A stretch of 64,000 nucleotides of DNA from Eledone cirrhosa (taxonomy: Eukaryota), in assembly GCA_964016885.1 (NCBI GenBank), contig OZ024740.1:383284001-383348000 (forward strand), in the 5' to 3' direction. This document shows, piece after piece, positions 1-13,361 of this stretch. Under the pieces are notes generated by a model. That model saw only the letters and a program-made list of their open reading frames with translations. It searched no databases and was not told the origin of the DNA. The position numbers and the translations under genes were made by a program. Numbering within the stretch: position 1 is the stretch's first letter; every line of letters begins with the position of its first letter.

Positions 1-10
1 CATGTTCTCC

Positions 11-81
11 TGTTTTATCTGATGAAAACACAAATATTATTGCATGATGATGTTTGTTTTTGAAATGCGCATAATAAAATA
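11..81 (+). ncRNA. Type I hammerhead ribozyme (PLE-type, minimal stem III)
   Basis: Stem I TGTTTTAT(11-18)/ATAAAATA(74-81); CTGATGA 19-25; long imperfect stem II 26-61; GAAA 62-65; palindromic stem III ATGCGCAT; UA cleavage dinucleotide 72-73; (TA)n follows at about 112. Confidence 0.75.
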
Positions 82-867
82 CATGGAACTCCTTTAACCA
101 TCTTTTGATCTTATATATTATATATATATATATATATATTTGACCGTTTTCATCTCTTTGCAAAATTTGAATTTTAGCCATGTGATATTGAGATGTAAGT
201 AAATGTAAAATGTAAAATATAAATAAGGATTGCTCTGCTAAAATATACTAAAATATTTGTGTAACTTCCACAAACTTCTGTCGTGACATTCCCGAGTCCA
301 GTGACCAACAAATTGTTGTATTTTGATGTTTCAGAATACAAAAATTAATTAAAAACTTACCCCACGAAAAGACAGCGTGTGTTGTCCTATCTATAAGCTC
401 CCTCATACAAACGTTCAAATGACTAGATACATCGCACTGTCCCCCGCCACCACAATAACTTCTACACTCTCTCCCCACCATCACATGTCATTACCCTATC
501 TAGACTAAAGTCATCGACCTGTTGTCAAACTCTCTACTCTCTGTTGAATGTGTATATATATATGTATGTATATGTGTGTATATACATCACTCTGTCAAAC
601 GACCAGATTTCAACCCCAACATCTACAACAACAACACCGACACTAATGTTTACAGCAACAACAGCTTCAGAATGAACTGAAATGAACATTTACAACAACA
701 ACAACAGCGGCATCAAAAGATAATAAAAAAAACAAAAAAAACTCAAAATAACAAAACACACACACATACGCACACAACACAACAACAACATCAACTGCCA
801 CCACCACCACTACCGCCGCCGCCATTACCATCACCAGCGACCGGGCCTTAAGAAAACAAGTTTAATA

Positions 868-1020
868 ATAATTGTTCTGCTTTAGGCACGGATCCAGCGA
901 CAGGCCCAGCGCATCACTGGTACTCTCTTTTGTTGACTCCGTGGGGATGAAAGGCAAGGTTGACCTCGGCGGGATTTAAGATCAGAGCGTGGAGAGCCAT
1001 AACTCTATGCTGTAAAGCAA
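868..1020 (-). mobile_element. tRNA-derived Nin-domain-like SINE, older diverged copy
   Basis: Reverse complement of the SINE core (ggatgaaaggcaaggttgacctcggcgggattt); similar to 1026-1217. Confidence 0.75.
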
Positions 1021-1025
1021 TTATA

Positions 1026-1217
1026 TTAATTGTTTCTACTATTGGCACAAGGCCAGAAATTATCCAGTACATTACTGGTACTTTATTTTATCGACCCCGT
1101 AAGGATGAAAGGCAAAGTTAACCTCGGCGGGATTTGAACTCAGAATGGCAAGGGCCGTAACTCTATGCGTCAAAGCATGGCGTCCGACCTTCTACCGATA
1201 CTGCCAATCCACCGCCC
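1026..1217 (-). mobile_element. tRNA-derived Nin-domain-like SINE, full length
   Basis: B-box-like GAGTTCAAATCC and core CTTTGCCTTTCATCCTTACGGGGTCGATAAAATAAAGTACCAG on - strand; TSD TAAAGCAATTATA at 1013-1025 and 1218-1230. Confidence 0.9.
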
Positions 1218-1325
1218 TAAAGCAATTATAATAATACTGGACTGTAGTATGATCGGCTTCAACTATACAAACTCTTGAAAGTCAACAGTTGACATAATCT
1301 TGTAATCTTGTATCAGTAATGGCGG

Positions 1326-1366
<41 letters not shown>

Positions 1367-1507
1367 TGTGTGTGTGTGTGTGTAAGTGAGTAGAGTAGCG
1401 TGTGTGTGTTTGTTTGTATGTATGAGTGTTGCTGTGTGCGCGCATATGTATGCGCGTGTGTGTATGTCGTACGTATAAGTGTCAATAAGTGATTTTTTTT
1501 TTTTTTT

Positions 1508-1845
1508 GCGCCGGGACATAGAAATAATCGGGCTGGATGCCCGATCGCGCAGTTAAACCGCTGGGAGTGAAGAACCCCTAGCACTTGTCAGGGCATTCTT
1601 CTAGGAGAAGGCATCTCAGGAAACTGGGTTAACTCCGACATAAAACCTGCGGCTCAGTAGTTACCGATGATGTTGATCTTTTCTTCTTTTCGGGTTATAG
1701 CTACTGTCGCTCAGAGAGTGGGATTGGCTCAGTGCACAGTCTTTCCTCACTTTAAAAATATTCGTCACGCACAGGCATTGCACGAGTGTATTAAGAATTA
1801 TTAATAGTGTACTATTATTATTATTATTATTATTACTATTATTAC

Positions 1846-1877
<32 letters not shown>

Positions 1878-4800
1878 CCAATTCAATGATGTTCCAGAAC
1901 AATATAAAAGAGATAATTGGCAATTTAGGTTCTGGAACAAAAAAGATCATTGGCAATAAGGGCAGGGGCCCCAGGTTATCACAGCCTGGGCCCGCTCGTC
2001 ATCGTGCCATTGTAATAGAGCCAAAGAAGGCATTTAGTCTTGGCTGCTGGAACGCACGGACGCTGCTTGACAGGGATTCCTTGGAGCGTCCTGAACGAAG
2101 GACCGCTCTTGTTGCAAAGGAGCTTCGACGTTACGATCTTGACATTGTGGCTTTATCTGAGACGAGGTTAGCTGGAGATGGTCATCTTACGGAATTTTGT
2201 GGAGAATATAAATTCTTCTGGAAAGGAAGAGATGAAGGAACCAGAAGAGAGGCTGGGGTAAGATTTGCTGTTAAGACTGTACATGTGAACAAATTAGAAG
2301 AATTCCCAGTAGGGATTAGTGAGCGTCTTATGTCCATGAGAGTTCCGCTGGACAAGGGAAGATATGCTACCCTGGTGAGTGTATATGCTCCAACTATGAG
2401 TTCTCTCGATGAGGAGAAGGTGTCCTTTTACCATGCCTTGAAAGGTGTTTTAAGAAATATCCCTCAGGCAGACAAAGTCACCGTGCTTGGTGACTTTAAT
2501 GCTAGAGTGGGTAGGGATTTTAACACAGGGAATGTAATCGGAAAGCATGGGGTAGGAAAGTGTAACAGCAATGGTATGCTCCTGCTGCAGATGTGTGAGG
2601 AGCTGGATCTGTGTGTTACCAACACCATGTTCCAACAAAAGAACACATTCAAGACCACATGGATGCATCCTGCATCTAAGGAATGGCATCTTTTGGACTA
2701 CGTCCTAGTCAGGATGCGTGACAGACAGGGTGTGCAGTGTGTTCGTGTTCTTTGTGGAGATGAGTGCTGGACGGACCACCACCTGGTACGCGCAAAAGTG
2801 AAACTAATCACTAAACGTAAAATCCGGGCTCCTGGTGTTGCCCTGCCCAAAAGATTGAATGCTGCTCGTCTTAAGGATAAAAATGTGAAGAGGACATTGG
2901 AAGAAGAGATACAGGCTGCAGATCTTGGTGAAGATTGGCCGAACCTTAAAAAGTCGGTTTATGATGTAGGCAGGCGTGTTCTGGGATTGGCGCAGAGGAA
3001 ACATCACGACTGGTTTAATGAGCATGATGTACATATAGAAGACTTGTTGGCTGATAAGAGGCGTGCTCTGTCACGCTACTTGACGGCAAAACCACAGGAG
3101 AGGAATAGGTTGCATGAGGAACTCAGGGATCTAAAATCACGTGTTAGGCGGAGTCTTTCTCAGATGAAGGATCAGTGGTGGAGTGAGAAGGCTGGTGAGA
3201 TACAAACTGCGTCTGATTCCAATAGCACAAAGCTGTTGTACAGTCTCTTGCGTGAGGTTTATAGGCCGTCTTCTACTCTGGTGACACCGCTTCGCAGCAA
3301 GGATGGCAAAGAACTTCTTCGTGACTCACAAGGAATTCTACGAAGGTGGCGAGAGCACTTTGATGATCTTTTGAATCAGCCGTCTGTCGTCAGTGAAGAT
3401 TTCCTCAATCTCATTCCAGAAAGTCCTGTGAAAGTAGCTCTCACAGAACCTCCGACGCTTGTGGAGGTTGCAGTGGCTATTTCGAAGCTGAACAGTGGAA
3501 GATCTCCAGGTATGGATGGCATACATGCTGAGCTCCTACAATATGGTGGTGAGAGACTCCTGCAACATTTTCACTCTTTGTTTGGCAGGATATGGGCTAA
3601 TGAATCCGTACCTGAGGACTGGAGAGATGCAGTAATGGTGGTCTTGTACAAGGGAAAGGGTAACAGGAACGATTGTGGGAACTACAGAGGTATATCATTG
3701 CTTTCTGTCGTAGGGAAAGTTTTATGTAGGGTGCTTCTGGACCGTCTGCTGACACACATTGCAGATTGTGTTCTTCCTGAAAGTCAATCTGGTTTTCGTG
3801 CTGGACGCGGCACTACTGATATGATCTTCTCAGCTAGACAGCTCCAGGAGAAGTGCATGGAACAAGGCTTGAATCTGTATCAGGTTTTTGTCGATCTGAC
3901 AAAAGCTTTCGATACTGTTAACAGAGATGCATTATGGAAGGTTCTCCAGAAACTTGGTTGCCCTGATAAGTTCCTTGCTTTAGTTAGGTCTTTCCATGAC
4001 TACATGAAGGCTTGGGTTAATGTCGGGGGTAACAATGTCGGAGCCTATCTCAGTAAAAAATGGAGTGAAACAGGGGGATATTCCAGCACCGACCCTGCTT
4101 GCCATATACTTTGCAATGGTTTTCTGTATTGCATTCAGGAAATGCGAGCATGGTGTTTACATCCGATATCGAACCCCAGGCAGCATATTTAACATCAGGC
4201 CCTTTGCTGCGAAGACAACATTATTTACATCAATCATAAGATACCTCTTGTATGCAGATGATTGAGATCTTGTAGCGCACACAGAGAGTGATATGCAGCA
4301 CATTTTGAATGCATTTTCTGACGCTTGCACTGCCCTAGGTCTGACTGTCAGTCTCAAGAAAACCGTCGTCATGTACCAACCTGCCCCTGGTAAGCAGTAC
4401 ACTGAACCAAACATCTATGTGTATGGCAAACGACTTGGAGTGGTTGATCAGTTTGTCTACCTGGGAAGCAATGTCAATCGATACAGCAACCTTGACAGTG
4501 AAATCTCACTTAGGATTAGGAAAGCAAGTGATGCTTTCGGAAAGCTAGAAAGGCGACTGTGGGGTCGGCGAGACATATGCAGGAGGACAAAGGTAAAGGT
4601 GTACAGGGCATGTGTGCTCTCTTGTCTTCTTTATGCCTGCGAGACCTGGGTCACATATCGACACCATCTTAAGCAATTGGAGCGTTTCCATCAGATGTGT
4701 CTCAGACGGATCCATGGCGTTCACTGGAGGGACCACATCAGTGATGTCGAGATTTTGGAAAGCTCTATGTGTGACAGTATAGAAGCTCTTGTGCTTAAGC

Positions 4801-5625
4801 AACGACTCCGTTGGAGTGGTCACCTTGCCAGGATGAAGGATTCTAGAATACCAAAACAACTCTTTTATGGAGAGTTGGTTAAAGGAAAACGACCGCCACA
4901 TAAACCAAAAAAGAGGTATAAGGATTCCTTGAAAGCCTCTCTGAAAGACACTAACATCTCTGCTGATACATGGGAGAATATTGCTGCTGATCGTAATAAA
5001 TGGAGAAAGACTGTATATGAGGGAAAAGTTGCCTTTGAGGCATCTCGAATCGCATACGAGAAAGTAAAGCGGGATGTGGGGAAGGGCATTGCTGTTGCAC
5101 TTCCAGACGGCGAGGGTCCTCCTATGGTGCTGACATGCAGCGTATGTGCGAGACTCTGCCTAAGCAAAGCTGGACTCGAAAGTCATCTTCGCAGTCATAA
5201 AGTAAGACCAGTGGTTGACTACCAGGCTGCTGTTGGAGATGCTACTCATCATGCTTGCCAAACATGTGGTAGTGAATGTAAATCAGCAGGAGGGCTCAAG
5301 CGACATGTAAAAGTACACGAACTCCAACCACAGCCGACTATTCCCAGTAAATGTTTTGGTTGTCGACTCTGTGCAAGACATTTTAGATCATTGGCTGGGC
5401 TAAAAAGCCACATTCGATCGCAGCGCTGTTAGTTGCTATCGTGTGTTTGTGTGTGTGTATATATGCTTATGTGTGTGCGTGTGTGTGTATATATATATGT
5501 ATATGTATATTATTATTGTTGTTGTCGTTATTATTATTGTTATTATTATTATTATTATTATTATTGTTATTAATGTATGTGTCTGTGTATATGTATGTGT
5601 GAGTATGTGTGTGTATATATGTATG

Positions 5626-5707
<82 letters not shown>

Positions 5708-5720
5708 TTTTATTTTTATT

Positions 5721-5752
<32 letters not shown>

Positions 5753-5808
5753 ATTTTTTTTTTCTCCTCGTGCAATGGCCATACTCGATAACGAGGAGGC
5801 AGTCATTA
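1508..5808 (+). mobile_element. RTE-clade (BovB-like) LINE, near full length
   Basis: 5' UTR 1508-1790 (homologous to 7185-7334 and 7832-7890); single APE+RT ORF; 3' tail CGTGCAATGGCCATACTCGATAACGAGGAGGCAGTCAT ending about 5808. Confidence 0.9.
1886..5432 (+). pseudogene. RTE ORF: AP endonuclease + reverse transcriptase + 3 C2H2 zinc fingers, disrupted
   Basis: APE motifs WNARTL, ALSETR, VYAPT, LGDFNA, LDY, TDH; RT motifs NYRGISLLS, QSGFR, FVDLTKAFDTV, GVKQG, YADD; +1 frameshift near 4026-4032 and TGA at 4263-4265; ORFs 1886-4192, 4020-4265 and 4293-5432 join into one protein. Confidence 0.95.
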
Positions 5809-5865
5809 TGTATGTATGTATGCATGTATGTATGTATGTATGTATGTATGTATGTATGTATGTAT

Positions 5866-5960
5866 GGTAACAGTAGAACCTGTCTCATGGTCGGGACGTT
5901 GGCGACTAAACTGGCAACCCCACCAAGGTTTCTTGGTGAGGAGGGTCACTGTGGTCTTTT
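5866..5960 (+). mobile_element. RTE 5' UTR fragment
   Basis: Near identical to reverse complement of about 7970-8045 (AACCTGTCTCATGGTCGGG...GGCGACTAAACTGGCAACCCCACCAAGGTTTCTTGGTGAG). Confidence 0.65.
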
Positions 5961-6143
5961 AATGGGCTTTCTCCACAAATGTCCCTCGGAAGTCTCCCCC
6001 CTATTGGGGAATTTTTCTTTGTTATTTTATTTTATTTCAACCTCTGTTTTTTTACACGCAGAAATGCCCATTTGTACCGTCCTGTATTGTCCTGTACTGT
6101 CCTTAATGTCTACTTTATGTAAACCCTTGTGGTTAATAAAGAA
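5961..6143 (+). mobile_element. Tx1/L1-type LINE 3' UTR fragment
   Basis: Resembles reverse complement of 20258-20440 (GGAATTT..TTTGTTAT and CCCTTGTGG(T/C)TAATA), the 3' end of the Tx1-like fragment. Confidence 0.55.
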
Positions 6144-6145
6144 AA

Positions 6146-6212
6146 CATTATTGTTGTTGTCGTTATTATTAGTGTTGTTATTATTATTATTATTATTATT
6201 GTTATTAATGTA

Positions 6213-6285
<73 letters not shown>

Positions 6286-6381
6286 TTTCTTTTTATTTAT
6301 TTATTATTATTATTATTTTATTTTATTTTTTTCTTTCTCCTCGTGCAATGGCCATACTCGATAACGAGGGGGCAGCCATCA
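6146..6381 (+). mobile_element. Second RTE 3' end including the compound microsatellite
   Basis: Same order of SSR blocks and same TTTCTCCTCGTGCAATGGCCATACTCGATAACGAG tail as 5510-5808. Confidence 0.75.
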
Positions 6382-7100
6382 TATATATATATATAGCGTA
6401 GGTAGTACTGGGAAATACTGCTGTCAGTACCAAATCAAGCACCTTATGTGCAAGTATATCGATGCTGAAATCGGGTCTATAACCTCATATAGGTGACCTT
6501 GAGCCAATCCTCTGCGAAACGCGCGTAACAGTTCGGCACGCAATACATATATATACACACTCACACACACATATATATATATAAATATTTATATATATAT
6601 GCTTATATATTCTATCCCTTCGGACCTTATTCCTGGGATTGTTGTAGGGGCAAATTACTCAAATATACTTTTCCGGGATTCTCATCTGGAACAAACGTTT
6701 GTAAATGATCCGGCTGCATCCATAAAAATTTATTTCATATTGTGGTCTTCGTTTAGAACCCATTTAACGCATTCACAACCAGGAAAAGCAAAAACTTCAT
6801 TATTTTATGACGTTTTGTCAAAAATCAACACAGATAAAGCTATTACATCATTTCTCCAGGATCGATAGTTAAGCTTAATCCTGAAGTGTCTAAAATCATT
6901 GGGCCTTAGTAAATATTACGAAATGTTTCATGTTGTCATATACTAATCATTCGTACGATCATCCATACTAATCATATATATATATAAATATATATATAAA
7001 TGAGAGGTATAGAGATTGTTTTAACGAGAAGCTAACAGCATTCTATAACATATATGCGACTATAACGTCAAGATGGGAAAAGTAGTTAACGTAAGATTTA

Positions 7101-7334
7101 GGATGGCTGCCCTCTCGTTATCGATTATGGCGATTGCACGTTATAACATTATTAATAAATATCAATTAATGCTATCGATAATTGTGTTTGCGTGAAGATT
7201 GTTTTTAATGTGAGCAAAGACTGTGCATTGAGCCAATTCCACTCTCTTAGCGACAGTAGCTATAACCCGAAAAAGAGAAAATATAAACTACTGACCTGCA
7301 TGGTTTATGTCGGAGTTATCCTAGTTTTCCGAGA
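7101..7334 (-). mobile_element. Non-autonomous RTE derivative (5' UTR piece fused to 3' tail)
   Basis: 7185-7334 matches LINE 5' UTR about 1614-1775; 7101-7140 matches LINE 3' tail 5769-5808; no ORF between them. Confidence 0.8.
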
Positions 7335-7831
7335 ATATATATATATGTATATATATATATATGTATATATAATAACTAGAGATTGATTAACATATAAAAA
7401 TACATGAATAATCACAGGAGATAATTTAAGCTTGCGTGTAACCACGCATAGCTAGTTTAGGCAATATTTACCTTTAAGAGTGATTAACTTTCCTTGTATA
7501 TATCACATTAAAGAAATATATTTCACCAATTAATCAGACGGTAAGTCACGGAAAGTGGATATTATTGGATTGTAAACAAGGAAATAGATAATTATCCAGC
7601 TATTCCAGCTTACAGAGCGAGATCAAATCTTCAACTATCCGTTACAACGTTTTGATCCACACAAGATAGCGGTTTCGTTTGAGTGGCGTAAAAAGGTATT
7701 CGACAACTAGAAATAGCAGTCAAAATTTTTCTCAACAGAAATAGCTCTACAATTAAGGAGCCGTATATATATATCTAAGTCCAAAATTAAGATAAATGAA
7801 TTAAATGAATTTAATCTAAATCGAATATATC

Positions 7832-8090
7832 AGAGTTTTCCTTCTCCTAGAATTCTGCCTTGACAAAGGCTAAGGGGTCATCTCTCCCGGTGATTTTGGA
7901 TGGCCATTGACTGTTAAGTGCTCCTTTGCCCTTTGACAGGTTTTGTTTTTAGTCCTGCAGGATGTCCAAAGTCACCCTTCTCACCAAGAAACCTTGGTGG
8001 GGTTGCCAGTTTAGTCGCCAATGACCCGACCATGAGACAGGTTGTACTGGGATACATGTTACCAGTAGCACCAACTGGTGATCTGACATA
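7832..8090 (-). mobile_element. RTE 5' UTR fragment (upstream part)
   Basis: Reverse complement of 7832-7890 aligns with LINE 1561-1612 (GGGAG.GA.GA.CCC.TAGC..TTGTCA.GGCA...TTCTAGGAGAAGG); related to 5866-5960 and 50030-50190. Confidence 0.7.
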
Positions 8091-10547
8091 ATACATACAT
8101 ACATACCCACATACATACATATAAACGTTTGAAATTCATCGACTGTCTTAAGCGTTCTTCAACTGTGGATCATCTTCAAAATTCTTAACCCACAACATAT
8201 TTATATACGTGATTACATGTATATTCGATACGTGAAAAGACTACCTGGTTACATCTGGAATGAAATCGATCTCAGGTTTCCTAACAACAACACACATCTA
8301 AAGCGAATGTATAATTATGAAGAACTATTTTAGGCATTTATAATTCCTTGTGAGAAACAAATACTTCAAAGGAGTGATGTTACAAATATTTCTGAAAAAA
8401 ATTCCTGGTAGTCTTTAATATCTCTAGAAAATCACACTAGAAATAGATAAGTATAGATACAATATCGATCTTCCAGATACAACGAAATGTTGAATGGTTA
8501 GAATATATATCATGTGAGTAAATTGATGAGTATTACATGCTGGCCTTCTTTTACACCACAGAGTTGTCACGTTGTCAGTAAGACGATAATCTCTGTATTG
8601 TAATAATAATTTGTTTTCATAATTGATTAGTTTCTCTTGTAGAATATCTATGTATATTTTTATTCTTACGCTGCAACGATTACACTTATTTCTAGACAGC
8701 AAGGTCACTAATATTTCCCGAAATCTGCAAGGAATATATTCTTAAATAGTTTTCAAATAATGATTAACTTTGATCTGCAAATGCAAGTTCAAGATGATAT
8801 ATTGCTTGCGCAAATAACTTCCAGCAGAATAATTACATTTCCTGGAGTACAATAGTAACTTATAAATTAAAGGATATGTTTATTCCCAAGTCCTCAGAAA
8901 CATCCATCACTGAAAATAAATGTTTTGGCCACTATATTTCAACATGTTATTTAAGAGCTAATACTCTCTTTTCGAATGTGAAAAAGAGCGAAGGATGCGT
9001 ACTGCCTTAACTCGTCTACTTTTCAGAAACATGCATGAGTGGTGTCCTTATAGTAGCTAATCTGCTTCGTGCATTTCCCCTGTATTATTTATATGTGATT
9101 TTTCTTGTTGATAATGTTCTTTTTGATTGTTAAATTACCCATATTGATTTCCATCACTTCTATAATAACATCAGTGACTTGGCTGCGACATCAGCCACGC
9201 ATTTTTACAGAAAATTCTGTCCAGGAGCTACATTTTTTGCATGCGACCTTTTAGACTACATACTCTATCATGCACATTTGAGTGGTGCTGATGGGATAGT
9301 TAAAAATTGTGCACATATTGATGTTCTATGCAGGTTGGCGTCGTTACAGTTGTCGCTTTAATGAAGGTCCAGAATGCACCAGCTGTATGTTCAGGCCCTC
9401 CCTCGGATTACTTTTCTGATGGCAGCGCTCTACTTCTCCCTCAAATGTGACAGCTGTAGCATAAGTTCCGCTATAGGCACAGATACACTTTGTTCTTTTA
9501 AGTATAGCTGTCGTTGCATTTATTTCTTTGATGAGAGAAGTAGTGTAAGCGTTCTTCGTGAAAACTCTCAAATTTGACCGAGCTGGTATATTTGACACTA
9601 ATGTCAGTGCATCTGTTGTGCATCAGTGACATATCATACTGTATATAGGCTATTTTGCCTCCGTAGGGAAGGGCAAAATGTACATGACATGTGTATGCAT
9701 ATATGGGAAATGGGAGTTTCCTATCAGAAATAGCTAAATCATTTAAATTTCTTTTATTTTGTATTGTTTTCATTTTCCCCGATGTTTATTGGATTTTCAT
9801 CGTCTCTGATAAGAACTCATGCAACTACAGCTCTTTTGAACTTGAATCGTTCCAAAGGAAACATGGCGACAAGAAAAATAGTAATAGAAACTATTCCTGC
9901 AACTTATTGTTGCATACTCTGTTTAAATAATATATCAATGTTAGTCAGTAGCGCATGAATATTTAAGAACAACGATAAGCAAAGACGATAATAAATCTAC
10001 ACTAGAAATACTGAGCTTGGTAATCAACGATTTGAATGTATTCGACCCTCCATTTTATGCTAAGATGGTAGAAAGTAGAGCTATATAATATAAGGTTATT
10101 TTGAAAATCACGTTATCCTGGTTCTCGCCAGACATTACATATTTATGCCGAACCTGAGAACTGTACTGTGTGTGAAGCTAAACTGCGGGGCATATAAACC
10201 CTTAGTAATTGCATGTGAACGTAAAAAGTTAAATGCATTTAGAAAAGCAGTAACTCCTTTCCTGTAGATATATTGTTTATATATCCCTTATATATTATAA
10301 ACACTTTTGCAACTAAACAATTATTTCCTGAAATAGCCGGATGGCAATATCTGCTGAATGTATCAACATATGCTAACATGAATGATACACATAATGTTTT
10401 CTTGAATGAACATAAGTTAAAAGTAACCGATTTCTTAAAGAGAAACTTAGTTAAGCATAAAGTATAACGGAGAAAATGTAAAAATGTTTATTCATTCATA
10501 CAATCTATTTGTTATGTGATTAGATTAAAATGATGCAAATTATTAAT

Positions 10548-10648
10548 TGTTTCTACTTTAGGCACAATGCCAGCAATTACCCAGTACATTACTGGTACTT
10601 TATTTTATCGACCCCGTAAGGATGAAAGGCAAAGTTAACCTCGACGGG
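10548..10648 (-). mobile_element. 5'-truncated Nin-like SINE
   Basis: SINE 3' half; 19-bp TSD AATGATGCAAATTATTAAT at 10529-10547 and 10649-10667. Confidence 0.85.
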
Positions 10649-12681
10649 AATGATGCAAATTATTAATGATAAATAATAAGGTCAATTAAATATCTGGCTC
10701 CAGGTCACTTTTTGTAAATATGAAAATGTATTTATCCCACCGTTGTTGTTGTTTAACCATGCATATAGCCATAGATGCATACATACAACCATACATGTAT
10801 GCATATATACTTACTTATATACAGCGTAAATTGCAATCCTTATCTTATGATTCTGCTTCATGAGTTTACATTCTACATATTCCACATCTATTTAGCAATT
10901 GGGGAAATACTACACAATGTTTCAGTTCAATGTAACATTGCATCTAGATCTGTTTTCACTACACCCCCTTTTTCACTCTGAATACACGCACACAAATCAT
11001 ATAATTTACCATTTTTGATTTCGTTTGAAGAGGACCACGAACACAGCTGTACAACAGAGAAACCATTAATTAAATGCATACTTGTATATTACGCCATAAC
11101 GAAGAAGGGTATAGTATGCATGAAACTATATAAAATATGAAGAATTACACATTTCTAATAGAAAAAGATTTAAATTTTACTCCCTTAACATTGCGAATGG
11201 GAAATACACTCCCGTTCATAAGAAGCTGTTTGTCAAATGCAATTCGTTAATGAAACTCGTAAATAACTCCTTTGACTATTTGATAGTGTTATAATTATTT
11301 ACTGTGGTAAAACTAGCATGCATCATTTATCTTTAGATAGGGGATTATATTTTGCAGAGCTGAGGACTTTTGACATCTAACGGGGCTCCACGCTTAAAAG
11401 GAAGAAAATCTTCAAAAGATATTAGGCAATCAAACTTTCTCACCCTATGTATATATATATTAAAGTAATTTGTTTAATCAGTCCTGCATGAATCAAAGGC
11501 AATGCCCGCTAGTATGTAAAAAGCTGAATGGGTATAGGACTATAACCTCTAGTTTGACGGGCAGTTCCCTAGTATTTCTATTACTATAGCTGTTCATAAA
11601 CATTGATTCGTAGAATATATGGTTTATGAGAAAATTGTTATAAACATTTGAATTATGTTTACACCTGATTCTTCATTAATCAAGATTTAATTAACATCAT
11701 TTCAAATTCGAAAATATTAGATAAAATACTGATCATTTTCATAAAGATTAAGAATAAATACGTATTCCACTGTTAAGTTACTGAAACATTTGTTTCAGTA
11801 ATATTACAAAAAAAATAATATTACAAAAAAAAAAATTATTTGACTATACGCTCAACAACTAGGTTCTGAAATATCCATGCGAACAAAATTAGGAATTATG
11901 TAGAAATATGGAGTGAGCTGTTGTCTGTGTGTATATTTATTGTTTTATACGATTCATAATATGGTAATGTTTACACTGAAGAGACATTGCATACATGTAT
12001 ATTTACGCAGATATAGCAACAGGAATGTCTATATATGCAATATATACATACGTACAATAAATATTTACACACACAGACAGTCGCACACACACGTACCACG
12101 TGCATACACTCTTACACAATGTCCCGCATAAGTACACACACTTACATATATAGGTGGACACACCTATCTTAACAGCATCTCTAGAAACATATTGTAAATA
12201 TACAGAATAAGTGTATATATATATATACATGTAATCACTAACACCGATTTTGAAAAAATAGATTAATACGTTGAGCATCTGACAATCATCTTATTGATTG
12301 TGTTTATTGTACAGAACTGTGAATAAATGTGTTACAGGTGTAACTGGAGTTGTTTATTAAACTAATGACATAATTTCGAGTAGAAATGTCTCAAACAGCC
12401 AGGTCGTTACAGATTGTTCTGCCTTCACAGTACGTAGTACACCAGTAGTGTTAATATTGTTTCATTAAGTTGTGCAACCTTTCTCATTCTTTTTCATATA
12501 TCTATTGAATTGCATTACGTACAAAGTACCCTATACATCAAGATTCGTTCACTATATATATACACTGTGCATATATATATATATATATACAAACACACAC
12601 ATACATACACACAAGCACACATATACACACACACACACATACACACACATATACAGAGACACACACATACAGACAACCACT

Positions 12682-12734
<53 letters not shown>

Positions 12735-13046
12735 CGCTGTAGGTTACACGTTATAAGATATTGAAACTGTATTTGCTTTATGTATCAAATGCGATGAACT
12801 TCGAAATTATTGATCTCATTTGATATTAGAAGCACAGCTGTATTGCCCCACAGCATTATAGATATCAAAGCGTTTGAAGAATAGAACATTAAAGGCTGAT
12901 CAAACTCAACACCCCCACCCTATACATACGCAGAAACCCCACACCCGCACAGATGTGAACAAACATATTAACATACACAACGAAAATCTTCTAGAAGATT
13001 ACTTTCTTTGGTTACTGCTATGCCAGTCATATGTATTTATGTGTAC

Positions 13047-13118
<72 letters not shown>

Positions 13119-13178
13119 TATATAGATAGGGAGATAGAGAGATATATGTATGTATACACATATATATATATATATATA

Positions 13179-13361
13179 ATATAGAAATGGCTTCTACAGG
13201 ACTAGAACTGTTTCATTCGGGGAAAATCATCATTTCTGATGATTTCCTCCGAATGAAACAGTTCTAGTCCTGTAGAACCCATTTCTATATGAAATTACTT
13301 TTACTCTTCTATGTATTGAGTACCTTACTTACTGTGGTTATCCCCGATTTAACCCGGGATC

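Noticed and set aside
6516-6531. GAAACGCGCGTAACAG, the right half of a PLE-type hammerhead
   Set aside because: No CUGANGA/UUGANAA core or stem II partner upstream
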